A stretch of DNA of 18,062 bases from Candidatus Sericytochromatia bacterium (GTDB lineage: Bacteria > Cyanobacteriota > Sericytochromatia > S15B-MN24 > UBA4093): NCBI GenBank assembly GCA_036676985.1, contig JAKFBU010000070.1:1-18062 (forward strand). Direction: 5' to 3'. The translations under genes were made by a program, and so were the position numbers. Positions 1 to 7,471 of this stretch are shown one piece after another. Numbering within the stretch: position 1 is the stretch's first letter; each line of letters begins with the position of its first letter. The notes under the pieces were generated by a model. The model had not been told where the DNA came from, searched no databases, and worked only from the letters and a program-made list of their open reading frames with translations.

Positions 1-643
1 TGTTGCCCGACCGGCGCTCCTCCTCGGCGATGTAGTCCTTGAAGCCGAGGCCGCCACCGCCTCCGCCCGGCAGGCTCATGCCGCTGGGGCGCCCGCCGCC
101 GGAGTTGACCTGGTTGCTGTCGCTCGCGGGGTTGTAAGCGGGACCCGCAGGGGCGATCGCCGGCACGTTCTCCGCGCCGGAGAGGTAGGCCTCGGGATCC
201 AGCACCTCGCCGTTCGGCCACTTGCCCCGGCGGACCTCGAAGTGGAGGTGCGGGCCCGTGGACATGCCGGTGCTGCCCACCGCACCGATGACGTCGCCGG
301 CCTTGACCTCGTCGCCGACCTTGACGTTCATCTGGCTCTGGTGCGCGTAGACGGAGTAAGTACCATCCGGATGCTCGATGACCGTTTGATTGCCGCCGGT
401 GGGGTTATGCTCGGCGTAGACGACCTTGCCCTCTTTGACCGCCTGGATGGGCGTTCCGGCGGGCACGCCGAAGTCGATTCCCGCGTGGACGTCCGTGATG
501 CCGCCAGGCAACTGGCGAGGGCCGGGCCGAGACGTGATGTGCTGCCGCCAGTTGGCAACCGGATCCGCGAGCTTGGGACGATTGGCCTGCTCTTCGACCG
601 CTGGGCGATAGCGTGTGCCATTGGTGGCATTTACGGAAACCAT
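1..643 (-). CDS. M23 family metallopeptidase (peptidoglycan DD-endopeptidase-like), 3' end outside window
   Basis: Missing from the ORF track because it has no stop in the window. Manual translation from ATG 643 (SD GGGGAG upstream): MVSVNATNGTRY...HAGIDFGVPAGTPIQAVKEGKVV...YAHQSQMNVKVGDEVKAGDVIGAVGSTGMSTGPHLHFEVR..., containing the HxxxD and HxH zinc motifs of M23. Confidence 0.93.
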   Translation of the reverse strand, partial: MVSVNATNGTRYRPAVEEQANRPKLADPVANWRQHITSRPGPRQLPGGITDVHAGIDFGVPAGTPIQAVKEGKVVYAEHNPTGGNQTVIEHPDGTYSVYAHQSQMNVKVGDEVKAGDVIGAVGSTGMSTGPHLHFEVRRGKWPNGEVLDPEAYLSGAENVPAIAPAGPAYNPASDSNQVNSGGGRPSGMSLPGGGGGGLGFKDYIAEEERRSGN

Positions 644-820
644 AGCTCCCCCTAATACTTCTTAATACTTCGACCGTGCCGCGCAAGTCTCGGGCGTCGA
701 GACCATTAGCAGCCATTCGTTTGTTACCCTGTACTCCCTACGTCCGCTCGGGACGGGGCGATCTTTCTTAAGGCGCGTTGGGGGCTCGTTTGGTGTTCGT
801 TAAATCTTCCTTTAGCAGGA

Positions 821-2092
821 TTAGAAGACCGTTACGAGGCGCAAGTAGAGCCGGTTGTCGGCAGGGCGCGCCTCGCCCGAGAAGACCTGGTACATGGGCT
901 CGAGGAGGACGTTCTGGAGCACCGTCCAGCTCAGGCCCACGCCCACCATGTCGTAACCGTCGTCATACGAGGCCCCGTCGTCGAACTGCCCGTAGGTCGC
1001 AAGCAGGCCGAGGCCCGGCACGAGGCTGTATTCGGCGCTCAGACCGAAGCCCAAGGGTGGGCCGGCCATTCCGCCGAAGCGGTGCTCGAGCCCCGGCTCG
1101 TCCCCCTTGCCGTACACGGCGTAGAGCCCCAGCTCTCGATCGAAGAGCAGGCCCTGGGCCTGCGCGTCCACGAACCAGCCCCGCGTCCGGTAGGTCGTCG
1201 CGTTCTGTACCGCCATGGCGGCATGGTCCGTGTGCTGGACCCGGTAATCCGCCACCATGCTCGGCGAGGCGACGGTCGTGCCGCCCCAGAAGCCCCCGGC
1301 GCCGAAGCCCAGGTCCCAGCCCCCGATCTGGGGCGTGAACGCGAGGCGCGCGTACTGGGACAGGTTCAGTCCCGTCGCCTGACCGGCGCCTCCGAAGGCG
1401 AAGGGGGTGTAGGCGAGATTCCAGCGCTCGCTGGCCAGGTACAAGGCAAGGCCCGTGGCGTTCGTGGCGAGGTTGAAGCGCGGGTTGTCGCCCGTCAGGG
1501 GGCTCGCCGCCCCGCCGAAGGGCTTGTTCATGTCGTAGACGCCCGTGTTGAGGAGCTCCAGCCCGACGGCGGGCCCGCTCATGTCCGTGACGAAGGGCGC
1601 CACGCCGGCGGTCCCGAGCTCCCAGGGCAGGCTGCGGGTAAAGGCGACCTTGGCCGTGCCCACGGCGCCGTCGAACTCGACGAAGCCGCCGATCCCCTCC
1701 CCCAGGCGTCCGCCCACGAGCAGGGCGGCCCCGTGATGGGGCGGAAACTCGATCTTCCCGGGCAGGTCCTCCATGGCGCTGCGGTCGTCGACGTACCGGG
1801 CCGCGACCTTGAAGGCCGCGTTGAGCACGGGCGGCAGGCTCAGGCGATCGCCCTCGATCACCTCCTGGCGGGTCAGGGTGTAGCCGTCGGCCTTGAAGCG
1901 GCGGCCGAAGGCGTTGAGCTTCGGAAAGTGCTGAAAATGGCAGGTGTTGCAGCTCAGGCCCGTCTGGCGGGCGAAGAGCGGGTTGGCCTCGGCGGGAGCG
2001 GCCAGGCCGACTTGCAAGAGGAACGCCAGGGGGACGATCAGCCAGGCGAGTGGCAGCAAGAACGTGGCAGCAAGACGACCGAGCGGGCGCAT
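821..2092 (-). CDS. cyc2: Cyc2-like fused monoheme cytochrome c / outer-membrane porin
   Basis: Signal peptide ending AEA, then PLFARQTGLSCNTCHFQHFPKLNAFGRRFKADGY (single CxxCH at C48-H52 in the Cyc2 N-terminal signature). The rest is amphipathic beta-strands ending in Phe (LVTVF). SD GAAGGAGG upstream. Confidence 0.88.
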   Translation of the reverse strand: MRPLGRLAATFLLPLAWLIVPLAFLLQVGLAAPAEANPLFARQTGLSCNTCHFQHFPKLNAFGRRFKADGYTLTRQEVIEGDRLSLPPVLNAAFKVAARYVDDRSAMEDLPGKIEFPPHHGAALLVGGRLGEGIGGFVEFDGAVGTAKVAFTRSLPWELGTAGVAPFVTDMSGPAVGLELLNTGVYDMNKPFGGAASPLTGDNPRFNLATNATGLALYLASERWNLAYTPFAFGGAGQATGLNLSQYARLAFTPQIGGWDLGFGAGGFWGGTTVASPSMVADYRVQHTDHAAMAVQNATTYRTRGWFVDAQAQGLLFDRELGLYAVYGKGDEPGLEHRFGGMAGPPLGFGLSAEYSLVPGLGLLATYGQFDDGASYDDGYDMVGVGLSWTVLQNVLLEPMYQVFSGEARPADNRLYLRLVTVF

Positions 2093-2144
2093 GGGCAGGG
2101 ACCCTCCTTCTACGTGACTCGCATACGAGACAGTATCAGGAGAT

Positions 2145-2191
2145 CGATCGATCGAGGGTGTCCGTAAAAACTACGGATACCCTATCGATCG
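2145..2191. promoter_or_regulatory. Palindromic candidate operator upstream of cyc2
   Basis: AGGGTGTCCGTA(2155-2166)-AAAAC-TACGGATACCCT(2172-2183), 11 of 12 positions complementary, flanked by CGATCGAT/ATCGATCG. A candidate minus-strand -10 GATACT lies at 2137-2132. Confidence 0.55.
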
Positions 2192-2196
2192 CATGC

Positions 2197-2844
2197 CTAG
2201 TGGTTCTGGTGGTTCGAGTGGCGGTTGAACAACGAGACGGCGAAGCTCGCCAAGCCCGTGACGGTGGAAACGCCCAGCAGCAAGGGGATCGAGAAGGGCA
2301 GGGCCAGTCCCAGCGCGCCGGCAGCCGCCAGGAGCCCCGTCAGGCCGCTGGCTCCCGACAGGGTGGCCTGCGCTACCGTGAGGTGCTTTTGGTGCTCCGT
2401 GGCCTTGGGATCCTTGAGGACGGTCGCCGCGCGCTTGATGTCCATCACGGCGATCACGGCGCTCAGGCCCGTGGCGATGACCGACAGAGGCCCGCCCAGC
2501 CGGGCGACGAAGCCTGCTCCCGCCGTCTTGGCGGCCAGCATGCCGTCATGCACGTGGTGGGCCGTCCGGGCGACCTTGGCGCCGGTGGTCTTGAAAAGGT
2601 TGGTGACCGGCGCGAGTAGGTGGAAGAGGTGCGGCAAGCGGCCCAGGTTGGCGACACCCACCAGCTGATCGGCGCGCGGAGTCGCCGGAGCGGCCGCAAC
2701 GGGTTGGCTGCTGGGTCGATAGTGGTCGGCCGGCATGGGCTGGCTCGAGGCCGGTGTTGCGGACGCGACCGCGGCGGGCCGGCTCTGGGGACGCTGCGGG
2801 GCATGCGTCGCGTGGGAAGCGGAGCTGATGTGGTCCATCGCCAT
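2197..2844 (-). CDS. Hypothetical protein with low-complexity N-terminus and Gly/Ala-rich hydrophobic C-terminal helices
   Basis: ORF 2197..2901. GAGGG at 2857-2853 best fits ATG 2844 (2850 and 2838 are alternatives). GC-rich third codon positions. No family recognised. Confidence 0.7.
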   Translation of the reverse strand: MAMDHISSASHATHAPQRPQSRPAAVASATPASSQPMPADHYRPSSQPVAAAPATPRADQLVGVANLGRLPHLFHLLAPVTNLFKTTGAKVARTAHHVHDGMLAAKTAGAGFVARLGGPLSVIATGLSAVIAVMDIKRAATVLKDPKATEHQKHLTVAQATLSGASGLTGLLAAAGALGLALPFSIPLLLGVSTVTGLASFAVSLFNRHSNHQNH

Positions 2845-3044
2845 GGCCATGACCCTCGAATTCAGCAGCCGACGGTCTCGCATGCTTCCTATCCGGCCCA
2901 TGCGGCGCCAGCTTTCTTATGTCCGGCTTAAGCTTGGAGGAAACGGATCATAACTCGAAGTCCCCGGAAGCGAGCCTCTATCCCAGCCGGTGGGCTCCCC
3001 GTCGCCTCAAGGGCGAGCAAGCTCCAGAGGGAGCAACGGCCTGC

Positions 3045-5090
3045 TTAGGGTAGCCGGAGCAGCCGGGCATTGAGGGCCACGATCACCGTGCTCACGGACA
3101 TCAGGACGGCCCCCAGGGCCGGGCTGAGCAGGATGCCCGCTCCGTAGAGCACGCCCGCCGCCAATGGGATGGCGAAGACGTTGTAGCCGGTGGCCCAGGC
3201 GAGGTTCTGCAGCATCTTTTGGTAGGTGGCGCGGGACAGATCCAGGATGGCCACCACGTCCTGCGGGTCGCTGCGGATGAGGATGATGTCCGCCGTCTCG
3301 ATGGCCACGTCCGTGCCCGCTCCGACCGCGATGCCCACGTCCGCCTGGGCGAGGGCCGGAGCGTCGTTGACCCCGTCGCCCGTCATGGCGACCGTGAGGC
3401 CCCGGGCCTGGATCTCCTTGATCTTGGCGGACTTGTCCTGGGGCAAGACCTCGGCGAAGTACTCCTCGAGCCCGATCTCCTCGGCGACCCACTTGGCCAC
3501 CTGGGGATTGTCGCCCGTGAGCATCATGGGGCGGATGCCCATGGCCTTGAGCCGATCGACGGCGAGCTTGGACTCGGGGCGGATGATGTCCGCCAGGGCG
3601 ATCGCCCCCCCGAGCGCTCCGTCCAGCACCACGAAGATGACGGTCTTGCCCTGCGCCGAGAGGGCCTCCACCCGGGGGTCCTGGGCGGAGAGGCCATGCT
3701 CCGTCACGTAGCCGGGGCTCACGACCTGGATCTCACGCCCCTCGACCCGGCCCTCGGCCCCCTTGCCCGGGATGGCCCTGAACCGATCGACGGGCGGTAC
3801 GTCCTTGGCAGAGGCGACGATGCCCTTGGCGATTGGGTGCTCCGAGCGAACCTCGACGGCTCCCGCCAGGCGCAAGAGTTCATCGTCGCTCAAGGACGAC
3901 CAGTTGAGCACGTCGGTGACGCCGAACTTGCCCTCTGTAAGGGTCCCGGTCTTGTCGAAGACGATGGCCTGAATGTCCCGGGCCCGCTCGAAGGCGGAGC
4001 GGTCCCGAATCAAGAGGCCGTGCGTCGCCGCGAGCGCCGTCGAGATCGCCACCACCAGGGGCACGGCCACTCCGAGCGCGTGCGGACAGGCGATGACCAT
4101 GACCGTCACGGTCCGCTCGAGCGCAAACGCCAGATCCGAACGCAGTAACCCGGCCCAGAGGAGGAAGGTGAGGGCCCCGCCGACGAGGGCCACCACCGTG
4201 AGCCACTGGGCAGCGCGATTGGCCAGATCCTGGGTGTGTGATTTGCTCTCCTGGGCCTCCTGCACCAGCCGGATGACCTGTGCCAGGTACGAGTCGCGGC
4301 CGGTATGACGCACCGCCATGACCACCGAACCTTCGCCGTTGATGGAGCCGCCGATCACCCGGGCGCCGACCGTCTTGTAGACCGGCCGCGATTCGCCGGT
4401 GAGCATGGACTCGTTGACTGAGCTCTCGCCCTCGACGACCTCGCCGTCGGCCGGGATCTTCTCACCGGGCTTCACGAGCACCCGATCGCCGAGCGCCAGC
4501 TCACTGATGGGGACGTCCTCCCATGAGCCGTTCGGCATGCGCCGGTGTGCCACGGCTGGCATCAGCTGGACCAGGGCCTCGAGTGCCCGGGACGCGCCCA
4601 TCACCGAGCGCATCTCGATCCAGTGGCCAAGGAGCATGACGTCGATGAGCGTCGCAAGTTCCCAGAAGAAGTCCATGCCCCGCAGGCCGAACACCGTCGC
4701 CACGCTGTACAGGTAGGCCGCCGTGATGGCCACCCCGATGAGCGTCATCATGCCGATCTTGCGCTCGCGCACCTCGTCGACCAGCCCCGTGAGGAAGGGC
4801 CAGCCGCCGTAGCCGTAGACCACCGTCGAGAGTGCGAACAGCCAGTAGGTGTCGCCCGGGAACCTCCACGCGTCCCCCAGCCCCAAGAAGCCCTGGATCA
4901 TGGGCGACAGGGCCATGATCGGAACGGTGAGGACCAGGCACACCCAGAACCGTCGCTGGAAGTCCCGGATCATCGCCCCGTGGTCATGTCCGCCGGGAGG
5001 ATGTCCCATCGGGTGGCCGGGGGCCGCATGTCCTCCGGGCGGATGGGGTGCCTTCTGAGCGGAAGGGGGGTGCGTCGCTCTGGTAGGCAT
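3045..5090 (-). CDS. copB: Copper-translocating P1B-3-type ATPase (CopB-like)
   Basis: His/Pro/Gly-rich N-terminus without CxxC, TGES, intramembrane CPH, DKTGTLT, SEHP, TGDN, GDGVND, YN and MSxS transmembrane motifs. SD GGAGG. Confidence 0.93.
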   Translation of the reverse strand: MPTRATHPPSAQKAPHPPGGHAAPGHPMGHPPGGHDHGAMIRDFQRRFWVCLVLTVPIMALSPMIQGFLGLGDAWRFPGDTYWLFALSTVVYGYGGWPFLTGLVDEVRERKIGMMTLIGVAITAAYLYSVATVFGLRGMDFFWELATLIDVMLLGHWIEMRSVMGASRALEALVQLMPAVAHRRMPNGSWEDVPISELALGDRVLVKPGEKIPADGEVVEGESSVNESMLTGESRPVYKTVGARVIGGSINGEGSVVMAVRHTGRDSYLAQVIRLVQEAQESKSHTQDLANRAAQWLTVVALVGGALTFLLWAGLLRSDLAFALERTVTVMVIACPHALGVAVPLVVAISTALAATHGLLIRDRSAFERARDIQAIVFDKTGTLTEGKFGVTDVLNWSSLSDDELLRLAGAVEVRSEHPIAKGIVASAKDVPPVDRFRAIPGKGAEGRVEGREIQVVSPGYVTEHGLSAQDPRVEALSAQGKTVIFVVLDGALGGAIALADIIRPESKLAVDRLKAMGIRPMMLTGDNPQVAKWVAEEIGLEEYFAEVLPQDKSAKIKEIQARGLTVAMTGDGVNDAPALAQADVGIAVGAGTDVAIETADIILIRSDPQDVVAILDLSRATYQKMLQNLAWATGYNVFAIPLAAGVLYGAGILLSPALGAVLMSVSTVIVALNARLLRLP

Positions 5091-5100
5091 TAGCGCCTCC

Positions 5101-5133
5101 TGTCCCGCATGGGATGATACCGGGTGCGGGACA
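5101..5133. promoter_or_regulatory. Inverted repeat directly upstream of the copB SD, enclosing a candidate -10
   Basis: TGTCCCGCA(5101-5109)-N15-TGCGGGACA(5125-5133), a perfect 9-bp inverted repeat. The spacer reads TATCAT on the minus strand. Confidence 0.45.
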
Positions 5134-5320
5134 TGCGAGTAAGCATGGAGCGATGGTTATTTGCAGCGGGGTCCGAGGGACGGGGGCTCGCAACGGTCGG
5201 ACGGCTCCATGCCCGTCCCCCCGCCCTGCTTCGCGCGGGGGGCGCGGGAAAGGTCCACCGGGCGCGCCGAAGCGCCGCCCCGAAAGCGCGAATCCGCACT
5301 AGCAGGCAACAAATAGTGGT

Positions 5321-5365
5321 TCGGTAGGGACTACGGATGCCCGAAACGGGAGTCGGATCTAGCAT
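5321..5365 (+). promoter_or_regulatory. Candidate activator box plus -10 element
   Basis: TCGGTA-GGGAC-TACGGA-TGCCC (5321-5342) is 17/22 identical to 2161-2182. A -10-like TAGCAT lies at 5360-5365. Confidence 0.5.
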
Positions 5366-5371
5366 CTAGGC

Positions 5372-5502
5372 AAAGAGCGAGACCCAAACCATCAAGCGAA
5401 GGACGGATAACACCTTACGGCGATACCGCCAGCTATTAAGATGAAACGAAGGGTCTAATCCTCTTTACGAGCCGCCGAATCAGCATCGGCGGCTCCTGTT
5501 TT
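5372..5502 (+). ncRNA. Candidate structured ncRNA (sRNA or riboswitch-like leader), family not recognised
   Basis: A-rich intergenic segment with six compatible helices, starting just after the -10 element and ending in an intrinsic terminator (see findings). Confidence 0.55.
5469..5502 (+). terminator. Intrinsic terminator
   Basis: GAGCCGCCGA(5469-5478)-ATCAGCA-TCGGCGGCTC(5486-5495), a perfect 10-bp stem, followed by CTGTTTT. Confidence 0.7.
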
Positions 5503-5644
5503 GGCTCCGTTCCCGGAAAAACACCCAATCAGACCGAGTTCCGTACTTCACCCGGATGATTCTTCGTGAAGATATGATTAGATCATGCTGTCGCCGGACA
5601 GAAATCCCGCTTCCGATGGCCGGCGCTCGAAGGGAGGGACCGCC

Positions 5645-5878
5645 ATGACGACCCGACACCGCGACTTCGAACGTGCCTCGTTGCCGGACGAACTGACCGC
5701 CGTCGTGGCGATCGCCCTCTGGAAGGAGGCCCATCCGATCAAGCACGACCCGGAGTTCCTCTTGCATCCCGGTGAGCTCCACGGCGTCACGCCACCGCTG
5801 TCGGGTCACCTGGGACGCCCCATGCTCAAGCGCGCCCGGCGGCGCGCCCTGGCCCAGGGGGAGCTGAGCCTAGTGTAG
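5645..5878 (+). CDS. Small hypothetical protein (77 aa)
   Basis: ATG 5645 preceded by GGAGGG. MTTRHRDFERASLPDEL...QGELSLV. The 3' end overlaps the convergent gene by 9 nt. No family recognised. Confidence 0.55.
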   Translation: MTTRHRDFERASLPDELTAVVAIALWKEAHPIKHDPEFLLHPGELHGVTPPLSGHLGRPMLKRARRRALAQGELSLV

Positions 5879-6232
5879 TAAGCGTGCGGCGATCGCCCGT
5901 TGCAGAAAGGAGCCGAGATAGAGCAGGGCGATGCCGGCAGCCAGGTACCACCACCAGCTCCCCTTCCACCGCGAGTAGAACAGGAAGGGTACGAAGAATA
6001 AAACCGACGCTGGAAGGGCGGCGAGGATGGACACCGCGAAGCGGGAGGTCGCCTCGCCGTTTCCCGTCTGGAGGAAGCTGAAGCTGAGGGCCAGGATCGA
6101 GACCAGGGGCAGGGCCGTGAGGTAGCCCGCAAGCAGCGGCTGCCGAGCGGACAGGCTCGAGGTGCCGGCGATGACCATGGCCGAGAGCAAGACTTTGACG
6201 CCGATCCACACCGCTTCGCGATCCACCCTCAT
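5870..6232 (-). CDS. Small 4-TM membrane protein, DUF3147-like (120 aa)
   Basis: True start is ATG 6232 (ATGA overlap with the glycerate kinase stop, SD AAGAGG), not 6655. KVLLSAMVIA...LAGYLTALPLVSILAL pattern resembles DUF3147. Confidence 0.75.
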   Translation of the reverse strand: MRVDREAVWIGVKVLLSAMVIAGTSSLSARQPLLAGYLTALPLVSILALSFSFLQTGNGEATSRFAVSILAALPASVLFFVPFLFYSRWKGSWWWYLAAGIALLYLGSFLQRAIAARLLH

Positions 6233-7371
6233 GTCCTCTTGGCAAAGCAGCCCAACGCGCGCATGGTAGCACGTTCGAGCAAGCCCTCGCCCTGGGCCAT
6301 GGCGTCCTCCAGGCTCATGGGACCGGGCACCAGGGGCTGGGCGAGCCCGCCTTGGGCCGCGAGCAGCTCTTCGCCCTCCGGCGTGAGGGAGCCTGCGATC
6401 GTGAGCAGCGGCAGGCCGCGACTCCGGCACCGCTCCAGCAGTCGCCCCAGCACCTTTCCCTCGAAGGACTGGCGATCCAGCTGCCCCTCCCCCGTGATGA
6501 CGAGGTCCGCTCCGGCGAGGCGCTCGTCGAGCCCCACGGCCCGGGCCACGAGCTCGAAGCCCGGCACCATGCCGGCCCCGGCGACGGCCGAGAGGGCCGC
6601 CGGGACGCCGCCGGCCGAGCCCGTGCCGGGCAGGTCGTGCACGCGCATGCCGCACTCCTGTTCCAGCACGTCCGCCAGGCGTCCCAGGGACCGCTCGAGC
6701 CGGAGCACGTCGTCGGGGGAGGCGCCCTTCTGCGGGGCATAGACCGGGGCCGCCCCCCGGGGGCCCAACAGGGGGTTGGTGACGTCGACCGCAAGCTCGA
6801 TCTCGGCCGAGCGCAAGAGCGGGTGCGCCTCCGAACGGTCGATGACGGCGAGCCCTGCGAGCGCGCCCCCGCCGGGCGGCAGCTCCCTTCCCGCCACGTC
6901 CAGGAAGCGCACGCCAAGCGCCGCGAGGAGGCCCGTGCCGCCGTCCACCGTGGCGCTGCCCCCCAAGGACAGGATGAGCTTTTTGAAGGGCGCCTTCTCC
7001 CAGGCCGCCCGCACGAGCTCACCCACCCCGCGGGTCGTCGTGACGAGCGGATCCCGCAGCGCCATGGGGAGCTGGACGAGGCCCGCAGCCGCCGAGAGCT
7101 CCACGACCACCGTCCGGCCGTCCCCCAGCCTGCCGTAGGACGCCTCGACGCTCCGGCCGCGGGCGTCGCTGACCCGGGCTGTCTCGACCCGGCCATGGGT
7201 AGCGGCGACGAGCGTCTCGACCATGCCCTCGCCCCCGTCCGAGAGCGGGACCTCGCGCACCGTCGCATCGGGCCACGCCCGGACGACGCCGCGGGCGATC
7301 GCCCGGGCGGCGTCGCTCGCCGTCATGCTGCCCTTGAAGGTATTGGGAGCCGCCACCACCACCCGGCCCAT
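6229..7371 (-). CDS. glxK: Glycerate kinase (GlxK/GarK family)
   Basis: [42 protein letters not shown] and ITGEG motifs. SD GAGGAGG. Confidence 0.93.
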   Translation of the reverse strand: MGRVVVAAPNTFKGSMTASDAARAIARGVVRAWPDATVREVPLSDGGEGMVETLVAATHGRVETARVSDARGRSVEASYGRLGDGRTVVVELSAAAGLVQLPMALRDPLVTTTRGVGELVRAAWEKAPFKKLILSLGGSATVDGGTGLLAALGVRFLDVAGRELPPGGGALAGLAVIDRSEAHPLLRSAEIELAVDVTNPLLGPRGAAPVYAPQKGASPDDVLRLERSLGRLADVLEQECGMRVHDLPGTGSAGGVPAALSAVAGAGMVPGFELVARAVGLDERLAGADLVITGEGQLDRQSFEGKVLGRLLERCRSRGLPLLTIAGSLTPEGEELLAAQGGLAQPLVPGPMSLEDAMAQGEGLLERATMRALGCFAKRT

Positions 7372-7471
7372 GCGGGGTCCTCCTCTCGATCGCTCGGTCG
7401 CTATTGTAAGCGAGGAGGGGGTCTGCTACGATCGCGAGGGCTCGTCGCACGAACGGAGGCACGACCATCCC

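Noticed and set aside
5160-5300. GC-rich hairpin-prone stretch including GGAAAGGTCC, reminiscent of RNase P RNA
   Set aside because: Does not match GAGGAAAGTCC, lacks the other conserved regions, and such pairing is expected at this GC level.
5348-5385. GGGAGT...GCGAGACC resembling yybP-ykoY (Mn) riboswitch elements
   Set aside because: Only about 22 nt lie between the two elements, too few for the four-way junction, and the GAGUAG pattern is incomplete.
5090-5809. Short minus-strand ORFs 5090..5365, 5480..5809 and 5578..5790
   Set aside because: No convincing SD or protein-like features. The region is better explained by the plus-strand RNA, terminator and 5645 ORF.
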